This document shows, piece by piece, positions 39,648-41,778 of a stretch of DNA of 41,778 nt (position 1 is the stretch's first letter; every line of letters begins with the position of its first letter). Where the stretch lies: assembly GCA_964601845.1 (NCBI GenBank), contig CAZROX010000001.1, forward strand, positions 1 to 41,778, written 5' to 3'. Source of the DNA: an uncultured Halothiobacillaceae bacterium. GTDB lineage: Bacteria > Pseudomonadota > Gammaproteobacteria > CAZROX01. A model generated the notes under the pieces. That model was given only the letters and a program-made list of their open reading frames with translations, was not told the origin of the DNA and did no database searches. The position numbers and the translations under genes are program-made.

Positions 39648-39766
39648 TGATGTATCACTCGTATACTATAATTTAGGCGTAAATTGACACGACTATCTCT
39701 TGATTTTAAAGTGGTAAGAATACAAACTGCTGCTTAATCAATTCATCAGACTGCCCTAATGACACC

Positions 39767-40780
39767 ATGAAAACCCCATTCAACCCCCACAAAAAAGAAG
39801 CCGAGCTGCGCTCAGAAGCGGCCACATGGGATACCAGCGATCTCAAAGATGCCCGCGATGGCGACATCCCATTAATCGACCTACAAGCATATTTTTCCAA
39901 CCCAACTGAACAGTCGCTCGATACAGTTGCCGAGCAACTGCGCACTGCCTGCGAGACTGTTGGCTTTTTCACGATTGTCGGGCACCAGGTGGATGCCGAA
40001 CAGATCGCCACCATGTTTGCCATGATACGCAACTTTCATGCCCTGCCACTTGAGCTGAAGAACGCCATCGCTATGGACAGGCCAGGCTGGCCGGTGGGTG
40101 GTGTCGGTTATCTACCGATCAAGCATCGCAAATTGCCGACCCGAGACAAGGGTAACCTCAATGAAGCGTTTATCGTCAAGTGTGATCATAAGCTGACAAT
40201 GGATGATAACCAGTGGCTCGCCGAACACCAACTGCCGGGCTTTAGAGCAACGGTAGAATCCTATGCCGCAGCGCTCGAAGCACTCGGTAAACGTTTATTG
40301 CCAATCTTTGCCAGAGCGCTTGGGGTGCCGCCCAATTTTTTTACGGAAGCCTTTATGCGGCCACAGTATCGGTTGCGCATGACGCACTATCCGCCACTGG
40401 GTACCTTGCCAGCAGATGAGTTTGGCATCGCCCCCCATGTGGACACCACTTTTTGCACGATCTTGGCGCAGGATCAGCCAGGGCTGAGTATATTTAGCGA
40501 GCCTCGCAGGCAATGGATAAAAGCGCCGATGTTAGCGGATGCTTTTATCGTCAATACCGGTGAGCTGTTGCGCACTTGGAGCAATGATCGCTTTATCAGC
40601 GTCAAGCATTTTGCCAATAACAATACCGGCAAGACTTCACGCTACTCAATTCCTTTTTTCTTGAATGCCAACTCGGATTACCGTATGACCTGTATACCCA
40701 GTTGTTGTGGCCCCGATAACCCGGCCAAGTATCCCCCCATCTCCTATGCCGAAAGCCAAGCCGTGGCACAGGGCGAGTAA
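39767..40780 (+). CDS. 2-oxoglutarate/Fe(II)-dependent oxygenase, isopenicillin-N-synthase family
   Basis: DIOX_N-like N-terminus (IPLIDL..., GFFTIVGH). Facial triad APHVD ... VKH. An RYSIPFF 2OG-binding Arg-x-Ser. Confidence 0.8.
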   Translation: MKTPFNPHKKEAELRSEAATWDTSDLKDARDGDIPLIDLQAYFSNPTEQSLDTVAEQLRTACETVGFFTIVGHQVDAEQIATMFAMIRNFHALPLELKNAIAMDRPGWPVGGVGYLPIKHRKLPTRDKGNLNEAFIVKCDHKLTMDDNQWLAEHQLPGFRATVESYAAALEALGKRLLPIFARALGVPPNFFTEAFMRPQYRLRMTHYPPLGTLPADEFGIAPHVDTTFCTILAQDQPGLSIFSEPRRQWIKAPMLADAFIVNTGELLRTWSNDRFISVKHFANNNTGKTSRYSIPFFLNANSDYRMTCIPSCCGPDNPAKYPPISYAESQAVAQGE

Positions 40781-40831
40781 GCTTGATGGGGATGAGCGGT
40801 ATTATTTATTGCCCGACCCCAAAATTGAATA

Positions 40832-41692
40832 TCACGATTTTTTCGGCAAATGCTGGGTGATCAGAGACAGATAGTCCAGCATCATGGTGGCACCGGCCAA
40901 GGCGGTTACCTCACCCACATCGTATTGCGGGGCCACTTCAACCAAATCCATGCCTTTAAAGTCGATGCCATCTAGCCCACGAATAATGCTCCTCGCCTGA
41001 TAGGTTGTCAGCCCGCCCACAACGGGTGTGCCCGTACCCGGTGCAAATGCAGGGTCGAGGCCGTCTATGTCAAAAGTCATATAGGCGGGGCGATCACCGA
41101 CAATTTCTTTGGCGATTGCGGCAGCTTTTTCTGGGCCATTGGCATGGACCCAGTCGGCGTCCAACCATGTCATGCCCAGCTTATCTTTATTGAAGGTGCG
41201 GATACCAATTTGCACAGAATGTGCAACATCGATAATGCCATCTTTTATGGCATGGTAAAACATGGTGCCGTGGTCGATGCGGTTCTCCTCCTCGCTCCAG
41301 GTGTCCGAATGGGCATCGAAATGTACGATGGCCATAGGGCCAAATTTCTTGGCATAAGCGCGCAGGATGGGGCCGGTAATAAAGTGATCGCCGCCCATGC
41401 TAACCGTGGAAACACCCTTGTCCAAAATGCTGCTGTAATAATTTTCGATCTGTTGTGGAATCTGGTGTGGCACGCCGTGATCAATCGGGCAATCACCAAA
41501 ATCGACCATGGCAAGGCGTTTTAGCGGATCGAATCCCCAAGGGTAGTTCCCGCCCGGCCATGCGAGGTTAGTAGAGGCGGCGCGCACGGCCCGTGGGCCA
41601 AAACGCGTGCCGCTTCGGTTTGTCACTGCTAAATCGTAAGGCACACCGGTGACAGCCACATCGACACCTGCCAAATCCTTGGTGTACTTCAT
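40832..41692 (-). CDS. speB: agmatinase-like ureohydrolase (arginase fold), with the 5' end disrupted or ambiguous
   Basis: Collinear with E. coli SpeB: TGVPYD, STNLAW, GGDHFIT, VHFDAHSDT, DHGTMFY, SVQIGIRT, TFDIDGLDPAFAPGTGTPVVGGLT. The reading frame stays open upstream of ATG 41692 (PAYSGALSFLR-M, where FLR matches SpeB GFLRL). It then hits TAA exactly where the second copy of a 55-nt repeat begins. Confidence 0.8.
   Translation of the reverse strand: MKYTKDLAGVDVAVTGVPYDLAVTNRSGTRFGPRAVRAASTNLAWPGGNYPWGFDPLKRLAMVDFGDCPIDHGVPHQIPQQIENYYSSILDKGVSTVSMGGDHFITGPILRAYAKKFGPMAIVHFDAHSDTWSEEENRIDHGTMFYHAIKDGIIDVAHSVQIGIRTFNKDKLGMTWLDADWVHANGPEKAAAIAKEIVGDRPAYMTFDIDGLDPAFAPGTGTPVVGGLTTYQARSIIRGLDGIDFKGMDLVEVAPQYDVGEVTALAGATMMLDYLSLITQHLPKKS
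41566..41620. repeat. 55-nt direct repeat, copy 1 (inside the speB-like coding region)
   Basis: ggttagtagaggcggcgcgcacggcccgtgggccaaaacgcgtgccgcttcggtt is identical to 41724-41778. The flanking base differs (a versus g). Confidence 0.95.
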
Positions 41693-41723
41693 GCGCAGAA
41701 AACTCAGCGCACCGCTGTATGCG

Positions 41724-41778
41724 GGTTAGTAGAGGCGGCGCGCACGGCCCGTGGGCCAAAACGCGTGCCGCTTCGGTT
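41724..41778. repeat. 55-nt direct repeat, copy 2 (runs to the last base of the window)
   Basis: Exact identity to 41566-41620, offset 158 nt. On the minus strand it encodes the same NRSGTRFGPRAVRAASTN peptide, but out of frame with the downstream ORF. Confidence 0.95.

Noticed and set aside
1-41778. Looked for CRISPR arrays, tRNA/rRNA genes, IS elements, integrases, phage genes and defence or toxin-antitoxin modules.
   Set aside because: No short regularly spaced repeats, no T-loop GGTTCGAATC-type motifs, and no transposase, integrase or nuclease/ATPase defence-like ORFs. Every ORF over 150 aa not antisense to a known gene is accounted for by metabolic or housekeeping functions. A tRNAscan/Infernal run would be needed to exclude small RNAs formally.

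Overview
About 42 kb of a moderately GC-rich proteobacterial chromosome, most likely gammaproteobacterial judging from protein similarity and local synteny. It is densely packed with housekeeping genes on both strands. I support 38 protein-coding genes. Replication and repair: hda, holA, dnaX, recR, xthA. Translation and RNA: serS, rnr, rlmB. Amino-acid and nucleotide biosynthesis: argH, argE, ilvD, pyrD, purEK, rpe. Redox: wrbA, arsC, sthA, a mioC-like flavodoxin. Osmolyte ABC uptake: a proX-proW-proV-type operon. Aldehyde dehydrogenases: gabD, mmsA. Envelope sugar genes: kdsD/kpsF, kdsB, and a GnnA/GnnB-like oxidoreductase plus aminotransferase pair. By eye I found no rRNA, tRNA, CRISPR array, transposase, integrase, phage gene or recognisable defence or toxin-antitoxin module. 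I do not see a convincing self-contained novel system; most of this window is ordinary core genome. Seven things deserve a second look. (1) A visibly more A/T-rich right-hand end (about 38.2-41.8 kb) carries a DAO-family FAD oxidase, an IPNS-family 2OG/Fe(II) oxygenase and an agmatinase-like ureohydrolase. (2) An exact 55-nt direct repeat at the extreme 3' edge breaks the 5' end of that ureohydrolase gene; this is either a tandem duplication or an assembly artefact. (3) A 712-aa fusion joins a TVP38/DedA membrane domain to a class-I flavoprotein disulfide reductase. (4) An orphan DUF1638 gene sits in an A/T-rich islet between dnaX and xthA. (5) The stand-alone GnnA/GnnB-like pair suggests a 3-amino sugar, possibly GlcN3N lipid A. 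(6) dnaX and recR are adjacent with no ybaB between them. (7) Two long ORF-free intergenic regions (7659-8112 and 17727-18292) may hold regulatory or small-RNA elements. All family calls come from reading the translated ORFs for motifs and remembered homologues. No database search was run.
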